A stretch of 32,212 nucleotides of DNA, from assembly GCA_001773295.1 (NCBI GenBank), contig MEWG01000047.1, positions 1-32,212 of the forward strand, written 5' to 3'. The notes beneath the pieces are model-generated. The model was not told where the DNA came from. It did not search any database and saw nothing but the letters and a program-made list of their open reading frames with translations. A program made the translations under genes and the position numbers. Position 1 is the stretch's first letter. Each line of letters starts with the position of its first letter. The DNA is from a candidate division WWE3 bacterium RIFOXYD1_FULL_39_9. GTDB lineage: Bacteria > Patescibacteriota > WWE3 > UBA101185 > UBA10185. Positions 24,588 through 32,212 of this stretch are shown here, piece by piece.

Positions 24588-25805
24588 CTACTTTTTCCTT
24601 CGTCTTGTAGTTACTGGTTTTTCTTCTTCAATGACTTCCTCTTCGCCGCTCATATCCACAGTTTCAACTTCTTCTTCTACAGATGATTCGTCCACAACTT
24701 CATCTTCAACAGTCTCTTCTGTTTCTTCTTCGGTAGATTCAAACAAGCATACGCAATGTTCAAAATCTTCGGCACAGAATTTCAGACGTTCTCCAAGTTG
24801 AACAGTTGAAAGATGCTTCAAAATATCTGCAAGTAAAGTAGGATGTACTTTGATTGAATTTTCTTTTCCTTTATAATCGATTTCAATCTTTTCTGTAACA
24901 GAACCGAGAGGGCCTTTGCCAATACAAGTAAGTTTATCTTTGGAGAATACCATTTCAATAGCGCGGTCTTGGTCAAACTCTTCTGTAACAAGAGTTTCAA
25001 CACGCCGAATAACATCTCCAGTTCCTTGCGGCAATGCTACTTGATCCCCATCGACATCAAAGAACCCCCAAATCTGCTCTGGATATTCTCCGCCAAGAAC
25101 ACGACAAGAGATAACTGTGTTCTCGTTATTCATGAAGTGCATCCAGGCATCTTCTACAATATACTTTGTAGGATTGTATGTCTTCATGTGCTTGGCAACA
25201 TTAGCGGGCAGCAGAAAGTCTTTAGCAATGTTGTCATTGAGATAGAACATAGTACCCCTGTAGCCGTCACAGGAGATAGCAAAAGCCTTATCATCGTCTT
25301 GCACAAAGAAAATGCAAGTCAGTTCTGGCTTTGTGATATTCTTCGATGCAGAGAAGACGCAAAACGTAGCCGCCTTAGAAAAGTTCGAAGGAAGCTTCAT
25401 CCACTTTTTACTATTGCTTTCTGGCGGATTAGCTCCTTGCTGTCTTGTAGTTTGAATTGTTTTAATGATAGCTTCGAATCGATTGTTGTCAGAGATAAAA
25501 ACTTTATCTTCTTTCTGGTCAATAAAGACTTCATCAAAAGGAAGTTTGGCAATCAAGTCGTAAAACTCTTGCGCTTTAATACTTCCAGTAATGCCTGAAT
25601 TGAACTTCTGAGCTACAGAGATTTCATCATTGTCAGTCCAGATTCTATCTGGAGAAAAGTTAAAGTGAGTGCTGTTCTCTACCACCTCCTTATTTGCAAT
25701 TCCTGGGCGCACTTTTACCAATGCGTCAAGCAGATGCTTTCGATTGATTTTGTTTTTCGTTTCTGTTTCTTTTTGCTGAGTTGTTGCAGTTTTTCTTTTA
25801 GCCAT
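24588..25805 (-). CDS. dnaN: DNA polymerase sliding clamp (DnaN-like) with acidic tail
   Basis: Three-domain beta-clamp pattern; FSASK...PELTCIFF, AISCDGYRG and SCRVLGGEYP; context with dnaE and dnaX. Confidence 0.8.
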   Translation of the reverse strand: MAKRKTATTQQKETETKNKINRKHLLDALVKVRPGIANKEVVENSTHFNFSPDRIWTDNDEISVAQKFNSGITGSIKAQEFYDLIAKLPFDEVFIDQKEDKVFISDNNRFEAIIKTIQTTRQQGANPPESNSKKWMKLPSNFSKAATFCVFSASKNITKPELTCIFFVQDDDKAFAISCDGYRGTMFYLNDNIAKDFLLPANVAKHMKTYNPTKYIVEDAWMHFMNNENTVISCRVLGGEYPEQIWGFFDVDGDQVALPQGTGDVIRRVETLVTEEFDQDRAIEMVFSKDKLTCIGKGPLGSVTEKIEIDYKGKENSIKVHPTLLADILKHLSTVQLGERLKFCAEDFEHCVCLFESTEEETEETVEDEVVDESSVEEEVETVDMSGEEEVIEEEKPVTTRRRKK

Positions 25806-26721
25806 TTAAGTTAGTCTCCTTTTTTATTTTAGAAAAAAATGATTTCTTGATATACATATTTGATTTTTTGGTATGGCCGCTTCCTAAAATAGTGCGATTA
25901 TAAAACCAAGACATTATTCTTAATCTCTCTTGCTCGGACCATCCAAGTTCTTTTTGTTCTTCTGTTATCTTGTTTTTATACATAGCGTCCGATCTTCTAA
26001 ACCACATAGGAATAGGCATGATGCCACTTTTTTCTATAAACATGCATCTTGCCCATGCCTCTTGCGGATCGGAATTAAAACCAATAAGAGCATAAGACCT
26101 TATATTAGAACGCTTGACGCCTAAATCAGTAAGCAGTTTGACCGCTGAAATCCATTTGTCTATATAAGAATTATCATCAAGGGCTATTCGTAAAACAGCT
26201 TTTTTGATTCTGGCGAATTGTCTCGCGTGATACTTCGTTAAAATTCTAACGTCGATGCCGCCATTAAAATCAGCCCATCCCCACTCATCTACCAGCCCAT
26301 TAATAACCTTTTGAAAATGACTTCCAGACGAAGCCAAGATATTGTTGTCGCAAACGATAGGTAGGTTTGGCCATTCATCAAGTTCTGTAAACTTGCCTTC
26401 TGTTTTTCTTACAAGACAGAACTTGCACTTCCTTATACACCCATAGGTTGTTTTGGTTGCCAGCGGTTCGAATCTCTGTAAAACTCCTTTGATATCTCCC
26501 GTATCGACAGTAACTCCAGAAATACCAGAAAGAAAAGAAGGCATAGCCTTAACAGCAGGGCCACCAACTACAACAGGAGAAAACTTATAAGAAGTTTTCA
26601 AGTGTGATTTTAATTTAGGAAGTAGCCAAGTGAATGGGACGCTTATAAAAGTCGTCCCATTCACTTCCCACTGTATCCAAGACTTTGGCCACTTTGCTTT
26701 TCTATACTTTTGCTTGTTCAA
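25798..26721 (-). CDS. radical SAM enzyme
   Basis: TTYGCIRKCKFCLV (CxxxCxxC), DNNILA, DFNGGIDVR and YALIGF. N-terminal S..FTW...VGGPAV degenerate B12-binding-like segment. Confidence 0.88.
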   Translation of the reverse strand: MNKQKYRKAKWPKSWIQWEVNGTTFISVPFTWLLPKLKSHLKTSYKFSPVVVGGPAVKAMPSFLSGISGVTVDTGDIKGVLQRFEPLATKTTYGCIRKCKFCLVRKTEGKFTELDEWPNLPIVCDNNILASSGSHFQKVINGLVDEWGWADFNGGIDVRILTKYHARQFARIKKAVLRIALDDNSYIDKWISAVKLLTDLGVKRSNIRSYALIGFNSDPQEAWARCMFIEKSGIMPIPMWFRRSDAMYKNKITEEQKELGWSEQERLRIMSWFYNRTILGSGHTKKSNMYIKKSFFSKIKKETNLNG

Positions 26722-27407
26722 ATTTTGCCTTTTTCAATGCGATATTTATAGGTAGCAACATGCAGGTGGGTGGTTACGGCGCCTTGGAAATTCTTTCTAA
26801 CAAGGTCTGCAATTTGTTGATTGGTCATACTTTTAAACTTGCCAGACTTGACACCTTCAGCGATGAATTTGCCGACTCCAATGGGTTTTTTGCCATTTTG
26901 TTTGTCTGGTTTTTTTGTTACTTCTTTTTCTACATCATTCTTTTTTGTCTCTGCCTTGGTGTCTTCTTTCCCCTTTTCTTTTTTAGGTTTTTTGGTTTCC
27001 GCTACTTTCTTTTCAGGCTCCGGCTCGACTGGTTTGGTTTCAACTACCGGCTCCACTTTCGCTTTAGCTTTCCCGCCTTTCTTTTTCGCGGCTTTCTCAA
27101 CAACAGGAGCTTCTTCTACAACAGACTCATCAATCTTTTCAGGTTCGCATACACAGGGGACTCCAAACAGATTGGCAACATCAATATCAAGAACGCGCAT
27201 CAATTCAATTTCATCAGCAGAGAATTTGTCCTTGTCTTCTGGAAGCAGATCTTCATTTGCAGTTTTAATAATCTCTTCTGTCATTGCTTTTATAGTATGG
27301 GTTTTCTTTGTATCATACATAATAGGATCATCTGGAGAAAGAATCTTCTCGTTAAAAGTCTTCACCAGTCCAGCAAGCATAGCTTTTGTAACATCGGATT
27401 TGTTCAT
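26718..27407 (-). CDS. Lys/Glu/Pro-rich protein with a C-terminal helical, putative DNA-binding domain
   Basis: Start moved to MNKSDV: AAGGA RBS, and the longer ORF overlaps the promoter. Low-complexity linker. Confidence 0.75.
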   Translation of the reverse strand: MNKSDVTKAMLAGLVKTFNEKILSPDDPIMYDTKKTHTIKAMTEEIIKTANEDLLPEDKDKFSADEIELMRVLDIDVANLFGVPCVCEPEKIDESVVEEAPVVEKAAKKKGGKAKAKVEPVVETKPVEPEPEKKVAETKKPKKEKGKEDTKAETKKNDVEKEVTKKPDKQNGKKPIGVGKFIAEGVKSGKFKSMTNQQIADLVRKNFQGAVTTHLHVATYKYRIEKGKI

Positions 27408-27458
27408 GAAGCATTCCTTTCGAGTATGTTTTTTAGTATGTGGTAGCGGATTCATATC

Positions 27459-27487
27459 ATTATAATAAGACATTCCAAAAAAATAAA
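27459..27487 (-). promoter_or_regulatory. phage promoter TTTATT-N17-TATAAT
   Basis: Conserved hexamers and 17-nt spacing. Confidence 0.8.
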
Positions 27488-27512
27488 GGGCATCAAAAAA
27501 TAAATTTATTTT

Positions 27513-28127
27513 TCAAAAGCTATTGATTTCGTTGCATTTTTCCTCGGCTATTCTTTTTTTAACTATTTGGTAACACTCGTTTGAGCAATACTTTCTTTTT
27601 CTAAAAGCCCAAATTTGTTCAAGTTTGCCACTGTCATATCTTTTTCTTTTGATTTGTTTCTTGCATTCTTCACAATATATAATAGGTTCACAAAATTTGC
27701 GCGGTCTATTTGTTCCGCCAATTGGATTTATATCACCTGTTTTTGCAAGCTTTCTTCTTATCGTGCCGGTACTAACTTTTATTTTTTTGCTTATAGCTGT
27801 CAGGCTCATTTTCTTTTCATCATATAAATATCTAAGCCAAGCACAAAAATCATCCTCAAAGCCAGCTTCTCTGCTGAGAAACATTAGTTTATAATCTGTT
27901 TGATTCTTTGTTTGGTATGTATCATCTATAGATACATCTTTTAAAAGTTCCCATCTTTCTTTATCTTCTAATATATATCGAGGCAGCAGCCGAGAATCTT
28001 CGATAGAATAATCATATAAAATTCTTACGATGCAATAAAGACAATCATGGAATTTATCTTTATCTTCGTCCTTATTTTCACAATCAGCGCAAGGACTTCT
28101 TCTGGCTGGTGGAGTCATTGATATCAT
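27513..28127 (-). CDS. Zn-finger/HTH DNA-binding protein
   Basis: N-terminal CxxC..CxxC, HTH (MSLTAISKKIKVSTGTIRRKL) and C-terminal CEEC...KYCSNEC. Confidence 0.75.
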   Translation of the reverse strand: MISMTPPARRSPCADCENKDEDKDKFHDCLYCIVRILYDYSIEDSRLLPRYILEDKERWELLKDVSIDDTYQTKNQTDYKLMFLSREAGFEDDFCAWLRYLYDEKKMSLTAISKKIKVSTGTIRRKLAKTGDINPIGGTNRPRKFCEPIIYCEECKKQIKRKRYDSGKLEQIWAFRKRKYCSNECYQIVKKRIAEEKCNEINSF

Positions 28128-29668
28128 TTACCCCACCATGAATCCAGATATGGCCTTCCGATAGAAAGACAATTTAAAATCCACAATTGACCAGTAGCAG
28201 AGTATTCGTCATCTCTTTTTTTGCCCAATAGAATACGGTATAAACCAGAATCCTTTTCTTGTTCTTTCTGATTTACCATCATAGATAAATCGCATTCGTT
28301 TAAACCAGCAACACCTTCTTGCCAGTTACCACGCTTTAAATCTTTGCCGTCTCTTACTGTGTTTCCTTGGTGGCCTGTTATGGCGAGTATATTTCTTTCC
28401 TGCGCGATAGATTTATGATCGATAAAGACATCTTCTATTCCATGTCTTTTCTCTGAATATCTTTGGGACGGTATCATCTTATTTGCATAGTCTGTTATCA
28501 GAATGCTTGGGATAATATTCTCATACTCTTCTAAGTTTTGAAGATACATTCTCAAATCATCCATGGACTTTGATCTGGCCGGCCAGCGAACAAAGATAAA
28601 CTTTCCTGCTCTCTTGTTTATTCTATCAAACAAATTGCGAATTTTTAGAGCACTTGGTAGGTCCAGCTTCTTTCTCTTCTCTTTCTTCATAAAAGTCGAA
28701 GGCTCGAAAGAAAACCTTTGTTTATTATTAGTGTTCTGGCAAGCTGTACACGGTTTATAATCCGTTGGATAGTTATCAGGGGTGCAAGCAGTACCAGCTA
28801 AACTTATTAAACTCTTTTTATTTGTTCTACTGTTCGGATGTGGGCACAACCCGTTCTGATTTAGATTGCAGTCCCATTGCGGAATATAAATTCTGCCTTC
28901 TTTCTTCGGCAGTCCAGTTACCCATTGATAAGAGCGAGTAACGATCTGTGGCTGGCTCATTTCAAAAGAGACATAAAGAACATCTTGCCCGCTCATGACT
29001 CCCCACCAAGCACACTGTAGGAGCCACCAGGACTTTCCTACTCCTGTATTACCGACAAAAGCGACAAGCATTTCTCTTTCAAGATCGCCAACTATTCTAC
29101 CAAATTCTCCAGGAAATTTGAGCACTACCCGATTAGAAGAGTTTTCGGAAAAGGTTTCTACCAGCGGATCAATATCTCTAAATATATCTATTCCTCTTGT
29201 CTTTTGGCGAACAACTCTTTGGTATGTTTTCGCCAGCGCTTCTCCTTCTTCTATATTATTGCTTATGATAGATTTATTTAGAGACACCCTCAAATCGTCC
29301 AAAGAACAAAGCCTGAAATGTTCTTCGGTTTGTTTGAGAAGATATTCAACATTTAAATTTCCTGCTTGCTCATACTCTTCTGATATCTCTGTGAGAAAGT
29401 CTGTTATTTCATCTGCTGTTTCTTGCTGGAAATTTACTTTTGTTTTTGCGTGAAAGATATCTTGAATGTGTAGTCCTGGGCATAGCTTAAACTCTTGATA
29501 GTATTCAAGGCACCATTCCGCAATCGTCTTTACGAATTTAAGTTTTAAAGAGTTTTGTCTGTATATCTCTTTTACTTGCCTCAAATAGTCCGAGTTGGTA
29601 ATCATCGCTGTTACGATACGCCGTTCAAGCCTATTATCCGGCGGCTTTAACCTTGAAATGATTGGCAT
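28124..29668 (-). CDS. DnaB/SF4-like replicative helicase
   Basis: Walker A GNTGVGKS, YVSFEMS, ITDYA and ITGHQGN; Cys-rich insertion in the ATPase domain. Confidence 0.88.
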   Translation of the reverse strand: MPIISRLKPPDNRLERRIVTAMITNSDYLRQVKEIYRQNSLKLKFVKTIAEWCLEYYQEFKLCPGLHIQDIFHAKTKVNFQQETADEITDFLTEISEEYEQAGNLNVEYLLKQTEEHFRLCSLDDLRVSLNKSIISNNIEEGEALAKTYQRVVRQKTRGIDIFRDIDPLVETFSENSSNRVVLKFPGEFGRIVGDLEREMLVAFVGNTGVGKSWWLLQCAWWGVMSGQDVLYVSFEMSQPQIVTRSYQWVTGLPKKEGRIYIPQWDCNLNQNGLCPHPNSRTNKKSLISLAGTACTPDNYPTDYKPCTACQNTNNKQRFSFEPSTFMKKEKRKKLDLPSALKIRNLFDRINKRAGKFIFVRWPARSKSMDDLRMYLQNLEEYENIIPSILITDYANKMIPSQRYSEKRHGIEDVFIDHKSIAQERNILAITGHQGNTVRDGKDLKRGNWQEGVAGLNECDLSMMVNQKEQEKDSGLYRILLGKKRDDEYSATGQLWILNCLSIGRPYLDSWWGK

Positions 29669-29676
29669 AGTATATC
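29662..29676 (+). repeat. 15-bp direct repeat, copy 1 (TTGGCATAGTATATC), spanning the helicase start codon
   Basis: Identical to 30409-30423. Confidence 0.8.
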
Positions 29677-30415
29677 AATTTTTCCCAAGATACCAGTTTT
29701 GAATAAACTCTTCTTTTGAAGAGTTTTTAATTTTTTGATCTTTCCATACTCTTGCCTCAAAGAGTTTTGACATTGCTCTTTCAAAAGCTAAATACATTTT
29801 CGGCCATTTGTTTTTATGTTTAAGCAATTTCGCTTGATTTTTACCGCATATAAAAGGACAAACTACACAACCAATTCTATTAAATCCTTCATCATATAAA
29901 TTACAATACTTTAAATTATTTATTTCTATATAATCCCATATTTCCCACTCTGAAAATTTAAATATAGGTTTATAAATAATATTCTTTTGAAATTTATCTA
30001 TTCTTGGTTTTTGTCTTCTTTTAAAAGATTCTTCTGCCCTTAGCCCCATTAATCTATGTTTAAGTTCTATTTTTTTTGCAGGAATCTTTTTCAGGGCATC
30101 GCAACACCATCGAAACTTCTTCGTAGGATATCCCTTTTTTACAATCAATTCATAAAAAGATTTCTCTGGCCTTAAAAATATTACTTCTGGATAATTTTGT
30201 TTAATGAATTTAACAACTTCTGGAGGATCAATTCCGGTTGCAGAATAGTAGCTCTGATATTTAACTCCAGAAACTTTCGTTAAATGCTCAAGAACAACAG
30301 AGTCTTTACCTCCAGAAAATCCAAGAAAATAACCTTCAGGCGGTTCATTCTTTTTTATAAACTCTATCGCTTCTATATAAGGATCAAAATAACATCTTAG
30401 TTTATCTTTTGGCAT
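29675..30415 (-). CDS. PAPS/APS-reductase-family protein (PP-loop, Fe-S cysteines)
   Basis: GFSGGKDS, RWCCDALK, GLRAEES, KPIFKFSEWEIWDYI and LYDEGFNRIGCVVCP. Confidence 0.9.
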   Translation of the reverse strand: MPKDKLRCYFDPYIEAIEFIKKNEPPEGYFLGFSGGKDSVVLEHLTKVSGVKYQSYYSATGIDPPEVVKFIKQNYPEVIFLRPEKSFYELIVKKGYPTKKFRWCCDALKKIPAKKIELKHRLMGLRAEESFKRRQKPRIDKFQKNIIYKPIFKFSEWEIWDYIEINNLKYCNLYDEGFNRIGCVVCPFICGKNQAKLLKHKNKWPKMYLAFERAMSKLFEARVWKDQKIKNSSKEEFIQNWYLGKN

Positions 30416-30423
30416 AGTATATC
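30409..30423 (+). repeat. 15-bp direct repeat, copy 2, spanning the PAPS-reductase start codon
   Basis: Identical to 29662-29676. Confidence 0.8.
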
Positions 30424-30669
30424 TTATCTTCTATCAGAAGCATAGATTATTTGTTGAATAGGAATACCGAGAAGTTCTTTTAATTTTCTATCTATAAATG
30501 GGTGTGTATATGAACCAGCTTGAATTAAATTATCATAGCTTTCTCTGGCTTTACACGCTCCGCAAGTAGCATTGCGGACTTTAGAGATGCCAAACAAATG
30601 AATACCGCATTCATTGCATGGGCTAACCGGCTCTATACCTTTGATCGCGATAGTGCGTACTTGTTCCAT
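30424..30669 (-). CDS. small Cys4 protein
   Basis: SPCNEC...CGACKARESYD. Confidence 0.7.
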   Translation of the reverse strand: MEQVRTIAIKGIEPVSPCNECGIHLFGISKVRNATCGACKARESYDNLIQAGSYTHPFIDRKLKELLGIPIQQIIYASDRR

Positions 30670-31643
30670 TGTTCTCTCGTTTCTATGAAATTATTACAAC
30701 TTTCCTCAAGGAAAAATAATATTTGATCTTCAACACTTCTTCTTTCTGCTTGCGCTATTACCTTTATATCTTCTGCTAAACCATGATCTTTTTCAAAAGA
30801 TAGAATAATAAATTCTTTTTTATTTAATTTAGATATCTCTTCTTGTTTTTGTGTTTTATTTTCTTGTATTTGCTTTGGTTTATTTCTTTGCTTACCCCAA
30901 CAATTAGCGCAAACTTTAACTTTTCTATTAGTTGGAATCATAGCTCCGCATTTACATCTTCGCGGAGGAACAACTCCTTCAATTGCTTCTATATCTTTTT
31001 CTTTTTCTGGCAGATAAGTAATAATTCCTTGTGGTGCTGGGCAACCTTCTACTTTTAGCGCCGTTATACTTTGATTGTCTTCCATATATTTTTTGCCTCT
31101 TTTTACAATCATAATACAGGCTTGAGCATATATTTGACTAATTCTGGATTCTGTAACTCCAAGCTCAAAACCAAGTTCTTTCATTGTTTTTTCTTCGCTT
31201 ACAATACTTTTAACAATATATCTTTTTCTTTCTGAAAAAGTATCTATCAAATTAGATAGTATTTTTGAATGTTGTTTTGAACAATATGATTCTTCTGTAT
31301 TTATTTTAGATTTGACAGAAAGACAATTTTCAATTGGAACATGTGTTGGGTTATCTTCGCCATTAATTTTTATTTTGATTCGATGATTTCTGGATAAATA
31401 ATCATTGTCTCTTAAGAAGTTTAAAATCTCAAAATTAACTTTATGGAAAAGATATGATTTAATATTCATCCCTTTTGATGGATCAAAACTATCTACAGCT
31501 TTTATTAAACCTTCATATGCAGTGCTTTTAATTTCATCGCGTAGATTATATATGCCAGTTTTCTTAACAAACAAATAAGCGATTTTATCTGCATACTTGA
31601 TATGGCTTTCTATGGTCTGCTCTCTGTTAGGTGAACTGTACAT
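30633..31643 (-). CDS. RNA polymerase sigma factor (FliA/WhiG-like regions 2 and 4) with a C-terminal Zn-ribbon and RHH-like extension
   Basis: EGLIKAVDSFDPSKG..SYL....EILNFLRDNDYLSR; TMKELGFELGVTESRISQI; then CKCG..CANC and IAQAERRSVEDQILFFLE. Confidence 0.85.
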   Translation of the reverse strand: MYSSPNREQTIESHIKYADKIAYLFVKKTGIYNLRDEIKSTAYEGLIKAVDSFDPSKGMNIKSYLFHKVNFEILNFLRDNDYLSRNHRIKIKINGEDNPTHVPIENCLSVKSKINTEESYCSKQHSKILSNLIDTFSERKRYIVKSIVSEEKTMKELGFELGVTESRISQIYAQACIMIVKRGKKYMEDNQSITALKVEGCPAPQGIITYLPEKEKDIEAIEGVVPPRRCKCGAMIPTNRKVKVCANCWGKQRNKPKQIQENKTQKQEEISKLNKKEFIILSFEKDHGLAEDIKVIAQAERRSVEDQILFFLEESCNNFIETREQWNKYALSRSKV

Positions 31644-31685
31644 TGTAGATTATATTTTCGCCTCTGAAATCGCTTTTCTCTAACT

Positions 31686-31707
31686 AACCCATAGTCAGCT
31701 ATGGGTT
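31686..31707. other. 9-bp hairpin in the leader of the sigma-factor gene
   Basis: AACCCATAG-TCAG-CTATGGGTT; no clean poly-U tail, so function is unclear. Confidence 0.45.
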
Positions 31708-31747
31708 GATACTAAATCAGAGCATAATCGGCTTTAAATATGTTCTC

Positions 31748-31918
31748 TTAATCATAGACACTATAAATATTCCCAAGATCGTCCACGTCCGTTATATCAA
31801 TGTTTGTTATTTTACCATTACAGACTGCCGAATATACCGAAAGAAAAAGAGTTCCTTTAAAATATCTCCAATCTACCCAAGCGCCATAAGTTTCATTTTT
31901 CGTATCCTCCATTCTCAT
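31748..31918 (-). CDS. 56-aa hypothetical protein (MRMEDTKNETYGAWVDWRYF...)
   Basis: Not in the ORF track. AAGGA RBS; directly downstream of a promoter. Confidence 0.55.
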   Translation of the reverse strand: MRMEDTKNETYGAWVDWRYFKGTLFLSVYSAVCNGKITNIDITDVDDLGNIYSVYD

Positions 31919-31937
31919 GTTTCCTTATTGTTATTTC

Positions 31938-31966
31938 ATTATAATAAACAAAGCTGAAAAAATAAA
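31938..31966 (-). promoter_or_regulatory. phage promoter TTTATT-N17-TATAAT
   Basis: Conserved hexamers and spacing. Confidence 0.8.
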
Positions 31967-31967
31967 A

Positions 31968-32212
31968 CTATTCGTTGTACTTCAAATATTCAACGTACTT
32001 TTTAAATGGCGCAGAGTCTCTTCCTATTCTATCTGGATCAGCATTGGACCAATTATAAGAAAGCCAATCTGCATATTCTAATATGAATTTGCGGGCAGAT
32101 ATAATATCCATTTTTAAAGCTTCTTCATCTTTGTCGTTTATCTTTCTATTGTTTTTATATTCTATGATACTTCTAATTCCATATTCTAATTTACCAAGAG
32201 AAAATGGTTTGC
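31968..32212 (-). CDS. 3' end of a gene entering from outside the window (...KPFSLGKLEYG...YLKYNE)
   Basis: 80 open codons ending in TAG just before the promoter. Confidence 0.65.
   Translation of the reverse strand, partial: KPFSLGKLEYGIRSIIEYKNNRKINDKDEEALKMDIISARKFILEYADWLSYNWSNADPDRIGRDSAPFKKYVEYLKYNE

Noticed and set aside
24969..25598. 209-aa plus-strand ORF
   Set aside because: Antisense to the clamp gene in mirror frame; explained by codon bias; no motifs.
26685..27465. Long plus-strand ORFs (253 and 214 aa)
   Set aside because: Antisense shadows of a Lys/Glu-rich low-complexity gene; Phe/Ser-rich, with no RBS or domain.
507..31957. Remaining short plus-strand ORFs and nested minus-strand ORFs (11546-11734, 16482-16676, 23589-23807, 24818-25015)
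   Set aside because: They overlap well-supported genes, are short and lack recognisable domains, unlike 14528-15268.
1..32212. CRISPR array, rRNA, IS transposase, integrase, virion structural genes
   Set aside because: None seen in this window.

Overview
AT-rich segment of a large tailed dsDNA phage. Essentially all real genes lie on the minus strand, tightly packed with many ATGA/TAATG overlaps. It carries a bacterial-style replisome: DnaE with a C-terminal uracil-DNA glycosylase, a beta-clamp, a DnaX-like clamp loader, a DnaB-like helicase, an SSB and a 5'-3' exonuclease. It also has recombination genes (RecA/UvsX, UvsY-like, SbcD, a split SbcC, endonuclease VII), nucleotide metabolism genes (dCMP deaminase, ThyA with a LAGLIDADG intein), a DUF3380 muramidase, a FliA-like sigma factor and tRNA-Ile(UAU). 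Candidate DNA- or glycan-modification genes include an IbrA/IbrB-like pair, a second PAPS-reductase-family gene, a radical SAM enzyme, a C5-methylase-like gene, SpsF and a Gfo/Idh/MocA oxidoreductase. Five copies of a TTTATT-N17-TATAAT promoter are visible. The standout is the DnaX intein, which has no in-frame nuclease. Instead, a complete 246-aa Zn-finger/Vsr-like (EDxHD) endonuclease gene with its own RBS, start and stop sits in the +1 frame of the same strand, while the intein frame stays open (741 nt of dual coding). All calls come from motif recognition by eye; no database searches were run.
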